A DNA stretch of 64,000 nt from Octopus vulgaris (GCA_951406725.2 OX597836.1:4836001-4900000); one strand, 5' to 3'. Shown: positions 26,187-41,037, counted from the first letter of the stretch. Made by a program: numbers and translations. The notes: a model not told the origin generated them from the letters alone.

Positions 26187-26716
26187 CTCTTTTTCATTGG
26201 CGAAATACTAATTTTTCTAAGATAGTCTTCATGGAATGATCGGACTGACACTAAGACACAGCTTTTGCAGTTCTTTGATAAATGGTAGATGAATCACTTA
26301 CGTATTGATGAAATATTATTAAAATATCAGATTCTGTAGACTTTTTTTTATGGTAGCTACATCTGGTCGGAAGACTATTATATTAAAATTTAAATTTTTG
26401 AAATTCTCTAGTTCATATTTTTCCACGGATAATAGAGAATCATCTCATTTTCATTGATGAAATACTCATTTCTCAAAGAAAATTATTCTAAAAATGATCT
26501 GGTATGTATATCTCCAGGTGTAACTGTTTTGTTGAGATATTTGCTTCACAACCACATAGTTCCTGGTTCGGTCCCAGTCCCCGGCACCTTGGGCAAGTGT
26601 CTTGTATTATAGCCCAAAACACTGTGAGTGGATTTGGTCGACGGAAACGGAAAGAAGCCCGTCGTATAAAAACGCACCCACACATACACACAGAGGCACA
26701 CATATATACATATATC

Positions 26717-26812
26717 ACGTGATCACGTTACCGACCTGGCTATCAGATGTTGCTACACATCGCTGGTCACAATGCGCTTCGCATTGTTTTAGCCTTCAAA
26801 TGACGCCACCCC
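26717..26812 (-). mobile_element. SINE family D 3' tail fragment
   Basis: Near-identical to 38615-38710 (atcagatgttg.tacacatcgctggtcacaatgcgc). Confidence 0.8.
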
Positions 26813-26829
26813 ACATATATACATATATA

Positions 26830-26878
<49 letters not shown>

Positions 26879-26974
26879 TGTATGTACATATGTGTTTGTG
26901 TTTGTGTTTGTCCTCCTACCATTTGGCAATAGACAGTGGTTTGTGTTGTTTTGTTCCTTCTCGAGCCATACCTT

Positions 26975-27202
26975 GTTCATAAGGGCCGGTTTCCCGGTTT
27001 TATTGGCGTATAAGTTCCCACATGGATGGGATCCCAGTCAATCGCAGTTGAGCCGCTGGATGCAGAAGGAAAGAGTGAGAGAAAGTTGTGGGGACAGACT
27101 CAGCATAAGTTCGCCATTACCTTCTGCCTGAGCTGCGTAGAGCTTAGGTGTTTCGCTCAGAAACCGCAATCCCTCGACCGCGAGTCCGTTGCTTCAACCA
27201 CT
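26975..27202 (-). mobile_element. tRNA-headed SINE sharing its central block with family D
   Basis: rc head agtggttgaagcaacggactcgcggtcgagggattgcgg; block gaaagagtgagagaaagttgtgg...taggtgtttcgctca shared with 38740-38835. Confidence 0.65.
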
Positions 27203-27369
27203 ACATCTCTGTAAATTATCAGAGTGGGTAATTAACCGGCAAAAGACACCGATAGAATTAGTTCCAGGTTTATAGCGTTAATACTGTTGTTGACTATTTT
27301 CGAAGAGACCCTTCAAGTGGGTGTCCAAAAGACTGAACCTATTAGAAGATAAATTAGAGGAGAGTTACT

Positions 27370-27930
27370 AGAGAATAAATCACTTCTGTTTCGATAAAAT
27401 GTCACATTCAAAATGGACGGCTTCGAATATAATCTCTAACTTCACGGTTGATTTACAAATATAAATTCTAGCCTATTTAGGAAACGCCGTTGCCGAATGG
27501 ACAAATTGCCAATGATTTGGTAACGCTTCCAGATTTAATATAAAGTAAATATCTGCCTCATTGATGAAACATCGTTGCGGAAAGGAATACGTAACAAAAT
27601 TATCTCTTGCCTATTCAAAAGCCAATATAGAATAAATATGTGCTTCTATTATGAAGCATCTATTGTCGAATGGCTCGCTTGCAAAATTATTGTATCTTGT
27701 CCAGAGTCAATATAGAGTAACTATCTATCTTTTTAATGTTACGTCGTAGTAATGGATTGCAAAGGTTTTGATACGTTTTCACAGTTGATAAAGAATATTT
27801 ATCTGCCTCATGTACAAACCATGACTACCGAATGAAAGCTTTTCGCAATGATCTCGTGCCAGTTCAAAAGTCTATATAGAGCAAATACCGGACTCAGTTA
27901 TGAATCTTTGACAAATAGAAAGCTTTCAGA
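27370..27930. repeat. diverged ~85-bp tandem repeat with ~250-bp higher-order period
   Basis: Anchor aatatagagtaaatatctgcctc-like at 27537, 27624, 27709, 27787, 27873. Confidence 0.65.
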
Positions 27931-30839
27931 AGGATATGGTACGTAAATGATATAACCTAGGTCTGTTTTATTATGTAAAACGAAACGATCTCTGTAGATT
28001 TGAATTATCGATCAATTATTTGTTAGTAGCGGATTGGTATCATATTACCTCAGCTATCTGACATCCAATAGTGGCTGGAAAGAAACAAATTAAAATGAGA
28101 TGATATTCCGGATTAGCTTCAACGTCACAGAACAGCTGCTATTTCCTTAGATTCTGGATTTTACTTAATTCTACCTATAATTTATGCCAGGAATTATTTA
28201 AAGTTGGAGTGGTTAACGCTGCATTAAGTATTCTACAATGGTTAATGCATCGTTATTTGTACGGTGTGGCGGTACATGTTTCAGTGTGACAGGTCGATCA
28301 AGTCAATAGGGTATTGAACAAATGAAATAATGGAACACGAGTGTCGAATTACTTAATATACAGCAAGCACAATAACTTTAATTAATCGACAATATAGTTG
28401 TATCGAGGTGAGGCAAAGTTAGTTGAACAATGATTAAGTCGAACAAGGGTGAAGGCAGGAAACCGAAAAAAAAAAAGGGCAGATATGGGAATGCGTTGTT
28501 GAGTTCATGAAAAGTCGAACACTTTAAAAGGATTTATACGAATGTGGTAACTACAAGACTGAGATGATATTCAAACCAACTGGTCGCCAGTTCGTATATT
28601 TTGACGAGCGCAGTGTATTATATATGGGAAATATATTTAATTACAGAATGGCCGTGGTTAGCGAAGCATATTTTGGTATCAGAGATTAATCTAACAACCC
28701 AAAATGAAAACTCTTTATGTATGGTCACTGAAGCCTCTGAAAATATGATGCAAGCCATCCTCACATTAACGAATAAAGATGGATAAATTGGAGGAGTTAG
28801 TTGTAGTTAAGATGTGTCAGATACACATTGTGTGCCAAGCAAGAAAGTAATTTAAAAATATATCAGCTCGATCAGGGCTCACTTGGGGAGAAATAATAAC
28901 GATAATAAAAAGCAGTGATGCGTTAATATTTCTTATTCTGTGTTGATATGATCTGAATTTTTTCAGGTTTAGGAAGAATATATAAAAACGGAACAGAGAT
29001 ATCGGCACAAAATGAGAGAAGTATTTCATATCCAAGAGCTGAAATCGTATTAATTATCGAAAAAGGTCTCGTTGGTTCTATCAGAGCAGAACGTGATTAA
29101 TGAACACTACTCGTGAAGGATTGATAGAGAAAAATTCTTCGCTGGATGATGGTGTAGTGAAAAGATTGTTTAGCGAGGTGAGTGGTTCGGAGAAATGGAA
29201 GGCTGTTTGTAGTGGAGGTAGATACAATGTTATGAGGGCAAAGTTATGACCTGGAGAAAGAGTTCAAGGACAAGCAAACTTGATGGTGTCACGCGGGTAA
29301 ATAGATTTGGGAAAAAGGTGGAGCGGAGTCAGGGAGAATATTTGGTGGAATGAAGTCAGATTTACACCAATAGAAGAACTGGCTGGAGAGAAATTGTGAG
29401 TTAACAATAACTGATTTGGTGAATTCTGGGTAATTTGGGAGGAAATTTAAGTTTAGAGTAAAATGGGAGTTTATTGAATAATGTCAGCAGATGAGAACTG
29501 AAATCTGTCGTACGTCAGTTCAGGCCAATCTTGATAACGGTTGAACAGTTATTTGGGATTAAAGCTAGGAACAGGTATCTAATACTAGACATCTGCACCC
29601 CGCTTTATCCAGAACAACAATTAATCTTATCTTCAGGATAATCCAGCCTGTCTTTCTGGTACCAAGAACCAGCTTGCTTAATCATAATAATCAATTATTC
29701 AGCCTCACTGACAGACGTCTATGTAGACATCACATAGAGATTTTTTTTTTAAATATAAACTCACAACCACAAATTATGAAACCGTATTATGATCACTGAT
29801 ACATTGATCAGCCTTATTCATAATATCATAATTCCACTTACTCATACATGAGGATTATTCACAAAAATAATATTTCCTCAGAGCTATTAATTCAATATTT
29901 TACGATATCATTTTCGTTTCGAATTACTATGCTACTGTGTACTGTAGGGAAAAATATATCGACTTTTATTCAACAATGTATAAAAGACAAGATGCTTCAC
30001 ATCTCTCTCTCCATAAGTTGTTAAATAAATATCTATATTAGATTCTAACGATAAAAGAGAATATATTTTAAGAAAAAGTAATTTATTAATGAGACTAGCA
30101 GCCAAAAATACGCTAATTTATGCAAATTATGTTACCCGAGTTTTTGAACCAGATATTAATTGTGGCTTCATAAAGAATACCTCCATGGTTTGTTAAATAG
30201 GATATTCGCTCGATGATAGAAATCTCAATGGTAACATTAAAATCGATGAAGCTGATCCCTTTTCAGTCCGTGGAGATATTATATAGAAAAAAAATGTTGT
30301 TTACTCTTGTCTATACACACAGTATTGGTAATAAATCGATGAATTTATTATATTGTATGATATAGCATCATAACAGAACACCGTGAACGAAACAGTAATT
30401 TAGTATTTCTATGTCAACATCATACCATTCTGTCATGTTAATATATAACATATTCACACATCATCTCACACGCATAATTTCCCATCATTTCACACATAAA
30501 CAAAAGCTAAATTCGCACACAACCACTCGAATATACATACATAATTCATTCTTCTCTGAAACACACACACATTCATAAATATTAACTCACTCACGCAAAT
30601 TTTCATTTTCTTTTGTTAGAATATTTTTTCCCCTTCTCATACAATCAATCTTGACCAAGGACAAACTGTTCCACACGTCAATATCTCTTCCTTTAATTCC
30701 CAACATCAACATTGACTTTCTGCACGTGTTTCCTGGTTTATTATTTCTTACTATTTTGTTTTTAGCCATGCCCTATTTTGCTCATAAATTGACAAACGAT
30801 ACGCGTCTCTCTCTATATGTATGTATGTATAAATATGTT

Positions 30840-31068
30840 TCTTTTTTACTCACAAGGGGCTAAACATAGAGGGGACAAACAAGGACAGACAAACGGACTA
30901 AGTCGATTACATCGACCCCCAGTGCGTAACTGGTACTTAATTTATCGACCCCGAAAGAATGAAATGCAAAGTCGACCTCGACGGTATTTGAACTCAGAAC
31001 GTAACGGCAGACGAAATACGGCTACGCATTTCGCCCGGCGTGCTAACGGCTCTGCCAGCTCGTCGCCT
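30840..31068 (-). mobile_element. SINE family A monomer (array-type tail)
   Basis: cacaaggggctaaacatagaggggacaaacaaggacagac...ctgccagctcgtcgcc. Confidence 0.9.
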
Positions 31069-31214
31069 TATATATATGTATAAATATGCTTGCTTCCGTC
31101 GTCGTTGTCGACAATAACCGAGAGAGACGAAGACAGAGCACTGTGGTGGCCGATCCGTCCGATGCAAGTTTGAAAGCCACCCACACTTGTCAAGCACTGG
31201 TGATTTGCTGGGTG

Positions 31215-32640
<1,426 letters not shown>

Positions 32641-33553
32641 ATATATATACGTATATTATATATATCTATATATGTGTTTGTGTTAGAAAAACGTCACCAT
32701 AATTTATTTAAGAAGTTATGTGACTAAGCACTATCGAAGGTTGATAAACTCGTTCGACACTTTCAAAAGTGTTGCACCAATTCTCTTCTTTCAGTTTTAT
32801 CTTTTATCTTTTAATAAGCATTTGGGAAAAATTTAAAAAGAAACATATGGTGTTGTCTAAATGTTATATATGTGTGTGCGTGTTCGTGTGTCTATGCATA
32901 TATATATATATATACACAAACACACATATATGTGTCTTTATATCTGTAAACATATACACACACAGAGAGAAGGAGAGATAAATATGGCAGTTAATTAAGA
33001 CATCATCAACACGGCTATACTCATTAACTATCCCTTCTTGGTTCTGTTGTTGTTTCATTTATTTTTTCTTCTTGAAATTTAATAGCTATATAAAGAAACG
33101 AAATGAAGTGTAAAGAAATGCTATTGAAGAAAGGAACTAGTAACATTCGAGGAATTAAGGAATTTTATCGATGGGAGAGTAATTTCGATGACATCGGAAT
33201 ATTCTACCTTCAAAACTCCTTATGTATTATGAAATATTTCCACGAACGTTTTCAATTTTGTCGTCGCAAGACAATACTAAGGAGAGTGAGTAAATAATAA
33301 AATATAAGAATAGATAAATATGTAAAAAATAAAAAAAACAAATGAATAAAAAAAAGAATAAACAAGAAAATGAACGAATAAATAAATAAATAAAAGATTC
33401 GGAGATGTATAATTTGATATTTGTGAAAACTAATTTTGTAATCCTGTCAAGATAACAATTCAAAGATAGACACACAACGGTACCATTCGATTGCCAGATA
33501 CCAGCTGAGACAAACAGTCATACAAATGAAAACATGCAGATAGAAACACAGAT

Positions 33554-33599
<46 letters not shown>

Positions 33600-34053
33600 A
33601 AATATCTTCTCCTAAACCAGTTTCAGTCTCACTAAATGTCTCACTCTAATCTTCTCCCTCTCATTTTCGAAATTGTTATTCTGTTTTTTTTTAACAACTT
33701 TAGTCATTTTTCCACTCCAACATCTTTCAAAAGTCCCCAACGAATGGTTTCGTTGAACTATAACAGTCCATGATTATATGGCACCTTTTGTTATAAAGTA
33801 TATATACATATGAAAATCTATGTATATATATATGTATATATATATATATATATATACATATATGTATGTATATATATTTATATATATATATAGGTATATA
33901 TATAAATAAAAGTATATGTATGTATATGTATATATATATATATGTGTGTGTGTATATACATATATATATGTGTGTATATATATATATACACATATATATT
34001 TATATAATATATAAATGTATATATGAATATATATAGAGAGACACACACAGACT

Positions 34054-34168
<115 letters not shown>

Positions 34169-34832
34169 TGCTTATATATTAAGTGTGTGTACATTCACCC
34201 TATTTCTTAGATAGACAGAAATATAGGACCTTTCTTTTTCTTTCAAAAATTCGACGAATTATGTCCAAAAAGACAATGAAATTTATTTCTTCGATGAAAT
34301 ATTCCGTAATAATAGAAATGTCAGTGGTGTATGCAACCTCCCACAACTTCAAGATCGTCAACTCCATTACAACACTTCGCTTTGATACTAAATTTGCTGC
34401 CTTAGACGTTCAAAAACAACATTAAAAATGGAAATTTCACAATTAGATTATGGAAATGAATTCTTGTACTAATTATATAGAAAAAATATATCCTTGTTGT
34501 ATAAAGAATCGTTGTTTTAAATATTTTTTGTTCTCGTTTATTAATAAGAGAACTCTGAAATGGAAGAACAGAATAAATTGTAAAATGATAATGTATGCAG
34601 CCAAAATAAACAGAGTTATTGTAGCTGAGTTAATTTGTAATAAATTCAAATATTTTATGTAAATATATGGAATATTTTACTTCTACATTTTCTAAATAAA
34701 CCACCAAAACACAACGAGCTCAACTTGTTTTTGAATGAAATGAAGTTGACAAGAAACACATTCGCAGATGAATAGTCACTCCATATACTCATACATACAT
34801 ACACACATACATACAAATACGCACACACACAC

Positions 34833-34867
<35 letters not shown>

Positions 34868-34926
34868 CATACGGTTATTCTTTTATTAGCTTCTGTCATT
34901 TGACAGCGCCCATGCTGGAGTACCAT

Positions 34927-34965
<39 letters not shown>

Positions 34966-34969
<4 letters not shown>

Positions 34970-35156
34970 AGAGTAAAGATAACAAAAAAAGACGAAGACA
35001 GGTGGTGTAGAAAACAAACAGATGTATTAGTATAACGCTCAGGAATAGAAAAGTCTTTTACGTTTCGAGCCTACGCTCTTCTACAGAAAGAGACACAGAA
35101 AAAAAAACAAGGAGAGAAACAAGAAGAGAAAAAATGTGCGTAGTGGCTAACGATCT
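34966..35156 (-). mobile_element. Penelope-like terminal fragment with hammerhead-like motif, ending in (TA)n
   Basis: rc TCTTT-CTGTAGA-A-GAGC-GTAG-GCTC-GAAA-CG-TA-AAAGA at 35091-35054; the 3' end abuts (TA)n. Confidence 0.65.
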
Positions 35157-36009
35157 AAGAAATATCTTAGAAAGATATTCTCCAACTGGGTGGGCATACA
35201 GCAAGAAGCCAGCCGACACAAAACATATCTAATGAGACTCCTTTATCAATGTACAAATGTACAAGGTCTCTTGATGTTGGCAGAGAGTTTCAGCCTCGTA
35301 GAGGTATGCGTGCCACACAACCACGGCTCCACCTTTGTCAGCCCGTTTTATGAAGATGTCCTTGCGTGTTGGTGACATTGAAGGGCCGAGAGTTCGGCTA
35401 GGGAGATATTAAAATGTCGGGGACGTCTGTGACTGTTAAACCGGTCCACAACACGTTGGCAGATGCTTGCAAGATGACCGACTACTTGGAACTGGCCAGG
35501 AACAGCTGTCCAGTGTGATAGTGCATATAGCCTGACGGGTATGAAATTCATTATTGGATGGAGTGAGGGGGATGACGCACAGACCATTACTGAGAAGAGA
35601 GCAAAACAAGAAAGCGAATTATCATTATTATTTTGTCTCCATTAGACGTGTTGCATTTACTGTTAGGGATTACAAAGAATTACATGTAAGATAGACATGT
35701 AAGTAATTTCCTACTTTTTCTAATATATCCTTACATGTCTATCCTTAAGATATACATTTTTGCGATTCCTATTAGCTAACGAATCACGACTAATGGAAAA
35801 TAAATAATAATAATAAAATTCCACTTCCTCTTTTGTTATGCGAAACCCCTTCAAATGATATTGTTGCAAGTCTCAATTTGAACATCCAGCATCAACTGTG
35901 GACACTTATAATGGAATGTGCTTCTAGAGGAAACGGATGGAATTTACATAAATACATGTCTCTCTGTGTGTGTCACTCTCCTCCTTTCTCTGTCACCCTC
36001 TCTCTCTCC

Positions 36010-36040
<31 letters not shown>

Positions 36041-36060
36041 CACATATATGCATACACACT

Positions 36061-36156
<96 letters not shown>

Positions 36157-36599
36157 GAGAGAAAGGTAAAGGCAGTTATATGTTTGTGCGCTTGTACGTA
36201 TAGAAAATTATATATACATATTCACACACGACCGCGTCACGTTATATACACTTACATACACATTTCTATATGCAAAAATGGCACGCACCTATCTAAATAC
36301 TAAGAGAAAATTGTATTTTACACAGCATTACTGGCATCGAAATAAGTATGTCAAAAGATTCTTTTTATGCAATTCCTGTGCGGAAGCATGGAGATTACGC
36401 GTATCACGACGTTTCATTGCACGTTTTGTTGAACCTTCCGACTATTTCGTGTGTGTTCTGTAGTCATATATGTGCGTATTGCTGCTGTGCGTGGTGTAAA
36501 TCAAAGTAGAGAGAAAAGAATGATGCGAATCGAGCATTCTAAGCGCATCTACCTTCTAAATTATTATATTCGTTTCAAATTTTGGCTCCATCTTCGTGA

Positions 36600-37010
36600 T
36601 TCTGAGCAAGGGTTTAAGTCGATGAAATCAACCCCAGTGCTCAATTGGTTTTTATTATATCGACCCCGGATGGATGAAAACAAAAGTCAACGTTGGTGGA
36701 ATTTGAACGTAAAGACGAATGAAATGTCACAAACCAATTTTCTCAGCGTGCCACCGAATCGTACCCCTTACCGCCTTATTCCAAAATATGACATAGGTTT
36801 CGAATTCCTGCACTAGGCCAGCAATTTCGAAGGAGGGAGTCAGTCGATTACCTCGACACCCAATGGTCAGCTGCTACTTATTTTATCGACCTCAAAAGCG
36901 ATAAAAGGCCAAGTCTACCTCGTCGGTATTTGAACTCCAAAAGTAATGTCGTATGAAATGCCGCTAAGCAATTTGCCCGGCGTGGTAACGATTCAGCCAT
37001 CTAGCTACCT
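36600..37010 (-). mobile_element. two diverged SINE family A copies
   Basis: tatcgacccc..aaagtc..ggaatttgaac blocks occur twice. Confidence 0.75.
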
Positions 37011-37841
37011 TGATCTAAAAAACATTATGCGTTCAATACACACCTCCGCATGGAAGCTTCTCATAAAAACTCAGGTACCAGAATAGACAAGTACTTCCTT
37101 ATATTAGTCGAATATTTCCTTAAGTTATAAAAGGATGATTTCAAATATTTTCTACATATGTCAGCTGTCATTGAGTTTAATATAAGCGGAAAGATCTAGA
37201 TCAAATTATTCAAGTATAAACATAAATATCTTCTAAATCTCTCTTAGTTAGAACTTGGTAAACGACTTGAGATAAGGACATCTTGGATACTATTTTAAAA
37301 GCTTAGAGAAGCAGAAGATAAAAACTCGACAGCAAAATTTCCGTTGTATAAACCGGTCGGAGAGCAATGAGATGCCGAGGGACATACCTGTACAAGAGGC
37401 ATAACTGTACAATGTTATAGAATACTTTTTTTTTATTTCTTTCAACCACTGGACCCCGGCTGTACTGGAGCAGAGGGCTGAAGAGTGTTAATCGATCACA
37501 TTGACGCTAGTGTTAGTGTTTAATCATGCATGTATCTTAACGAATTCTGATCAGCGAAAAGCTAATTAAAGAAATAGAAAATAGTGCGAAGATAATTCAT
37601 CTTTACGTTATCTGTGTGTATCATCCACGACAAGAATTTGTCATGCTACGAAATACGCATACGCACACACACATACACACACAACGCACATATACGGACA
37701 CATACACGCACAGAAACTCAGACATGAACATAGTCGCGCACACAGGCGTTTGCACGTGTGTATGGATATAGCTGTAGCTGAGCGAGTGTGCTCGTTTTCA
37801 TGAATTTATACGCATGCTCACGCATACACCTATATATATAT

Positions 37842-38283
37842 ATAATAAATGAAAGACAGCAGATGGAGTATACGAGAATTTATTATTAACCACGACAATT
37901 GTTTCAACAGATCTAGCATTGATTCCTCTTGGGTGGGACACTCAACAACTGGTTCAGGGGTATCCAGTGGTGCAGATGTATCGCGTCGGGTGATAAATAT
38001 ATACAACTCGTTAAAATGACTGCTCCGCAATGCAACTTCCCGTTTTGCAGAAAGAAAAGCAGCCAGACAGAGGAAATGGAAGATCAAAACTAAAAGAAAA
38101 AAACAAATAACAAAAAGAGAAACGAACACGTAATCCAGAGAGAAAAGTATTGAATATAACCGTTAAAAGATATGGATATAGAAACACTGCCGGGCAAGCT
38201 GCATGGCACGAGTACACACACTCATACAAGAGTCGTATTAATAATAAATTATTGTATATTTCATCTTGTCTTTCATTTGTTAT
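37842..38283. mobile_element. element with ~47-bp terminal inverted repeats next to (TA)n
   Basis: ataataaatgaaagacagcagatggagtatacgagaatttattattaa vs rc of ttaataataaattattgtatatttcatcttgtctttcatttgttat. Confidence 0.65.
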
Positions 38284-38610
38284 ATTGATATAACGCTCAC
38301 TCTGAAAGCGACCGTGCTTTACCAGTAAGCTACCAGGTGTAAACCATTCGTTTTATTATCCATTTACCTACATATATAAACAACAAAAGAAATAAACATA
38401 AAAGAATCCTTCATATCATCACCAATCAAGCGATGTCAGATGTATAATAACCGCACGTTATGTCCGGATTTCGTCAGAGAGGTTGTTTACTTTCTGGAGA
38501 TGAGCAACGAAATAATTAAGTTGACGACCATATTCTCGAATACTCAAATAATATAAATAATAATTTATTAGGACTCCGAGGTCGTGTGGGGAGATATTCT
38601 CCTTATACAT

Positions 38611-38844
38611 ATCACCGTGATCACCGTGACCGACCAGGCCATCAGATGTTGTTACACATCGCTGGTCACAATGCGCCTCGCATTGTTTTAGCCTTCAAGT
38701 GACGCCACCCCGCTGGCTAAGCGAGCAGGCCAACAGAAGAAAGAGTGAGAAAAAGTTGTGGCGAAAGAGTACAGCAGAGATCGCCACCCCCCCCCCCTGC
38801 CGGAGCCTCGTGGAGCTTTTAGGTGTTTTCGCTCAATAAACACT

Positions 38845-38847
<3 letters not shown>
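38611..38847 (-). mobile_element. SINE family D copy (5'-truncated, tail with CACGGTGAT repeats)
   Basis: Matches 26717-26812 and the central block of 26975-27202. Confidence 0.75.
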
Positions 38848-38884
<37 letters not shown>

Positions 38885-39904
38885 CGCATAAGTTTGTCTC
38901 AATATATTTAATGACACATGTTGATATCCGCATAAAAAAATCCCTAAGAAGGAAATTAAGTCCTCAATATTTATATATATGTATATTTGTGAGTATGTGT
39001 GTATGTGTGTGTGTGTGTGTGTGGACGTATGTATACACTCGAAGGAATGATGTCGAGGAGAGAAGGAAATCGGTAACCAACCAGATCACCGAACGCGTTG
39101 ATTTATCTGCATCAGTTCTCTAGAAACACGTGTCGGAAGCAAATTGCGTAAACAAGTTTGGCAAATATAACGTTCGTGAAATAATCCATGTTTGAGGAAG
39201 GTAGATGGAATGATGTGATGGTGCTTGATATATTATATCGTGTCTGCGGGAGATGAAGCAGAATTATGAATAATGATCCATAACTCAACAGCAAAACAGA
39301 AGAGATGAGAAATTTAATTTACGGCCTAAGTGAAATACTTAAAAAAAGGAAATTGAAACTAAGTACATTTCGTGCATGTTGGAAGGGAATCAAAGTGAGA
39401 AGGATCATATGAGGGGGTTCCAAGAATAAGTCAGGTAATATTTGAAAATTATTAAGAATTATATGAAAAAAAACAACATAATTTGTTCATCCCTAAATTG
39501 AAACATATAACACGCTCGTTATTCTTGATAGGATACTCATACCTTTATGAATAAAAAAATAAAAAGGAGTTTCACTTATTATTCAGGTAAAAAAAAAAAA
39601 AAATACAAATTTAGATGAATTTTAATACATGGTATACACTTACATAGAATTGTACAAATAAATGCACTTGCACGCGCACACACATATATAAACATGTTCA
39701 CATAAACTAACATACAAAATTGTATGTATACATGATTGTGTATTATGTGTGTGTGTGTGTGTGTGTGAGTGAGTAAGTGTCTGTATGGTGTAGTTCTGAG
39801 AGGCTGTCGACAGGTGTATATAAATGGTTTTAGAGTGTGCGATCCTCCTCTTTTCAAATGTTGATAATAGGTTTTAAACTTGATGTCACATCGTGCTTTT
39901 CTAA

Positions 39905-39939
<35 letters not shown>

Positions 39940-39976
39940 CATATATATATACATATATTTATTTATATATACATAC

Positions 39977-40025
<49 letters not shown>

Positions 40026-40988
40026 CGTACATATATTTGAATATATTTATATGTATATATTTATGTATGTATATATACATTTGTGTGAATATATATCTAT
40101 ATATATTATTGTATATGCATATACATATGTGTGTGCATATATATATGTGTGTGTATATATACATACAAATACACAGAAAAGAAAATGTATATACATTTAT
40201 GCATTTCATATATATATATATAGATATATATATATGCGCGCATGCGTTGCATAATAGGCCAAATCGTTGAAACACATAAAGCCACAAGCGCACGTAAATA
40301 TATATGCACACGTACAACATACACACACCCACATATAGACACATACACATATATATATACATATACATTGTACTATATCCAAGTCGTTAAAACACATAAC
40401 CGCACATATGTATCCACACACACACACACCCACACACACAGAAGCACATACACAAACACACAGAGGATGATATAATATGAATATATGTCTGTATGTATCT
40501 GTGCATGGTTTTTAAACTTAGATGTGTCGTGACACCTTACATTAAAATCAATTTTACTTTCCTTCTCTGAACCTTAAATATAATAGTTTTCATTTTTCCA
40601 AATTTTCTAAATATTTCTATTTCCATTTTGACTAAACTTAAAGTAAACTATACGACTTATTTCTATGGCAATAAAAATATTTAATATTTTCACATTATAC
40701 TTTAAATATATCGAATAATGTAAAAAAATCATATCAATATTTATCATTCGTTTCCTAATTGTTTTTCACGTTTAGTAATACAAGTAATCTATCAACATAT
40801 CTGTCTATCTATCTATCTAGCTGTCTATCTTTCTATCTATATATCTATCTATCTAATTATCTATCTATCTATCTATCTTTCTATCTATATATCTATCTAT
40901 CTGTCTATCTTTCTATCTATATATCTATCTATCTACCTATCTTCTAATATATACAAATATCTAATTATCTACATAATATATATGTATG

Positions 40989-41037
<49 letters not shown>

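Larger units (their letters stand above)
26515..27350 (+). mobile_element. SINE family B copy fragmented by nested SINE insertions
   Basis: 5' half 26515-26668; 3' pieces 26890-26960 and 27230-27350; family D pieces lie between. Confidence 0.65.

Noticed and set aside
29100-29470. Purine-rich stretch resembling an antisense LINE C-terminus
   Set aside because: Too degenerate to read a diagnostic motif with confidence.
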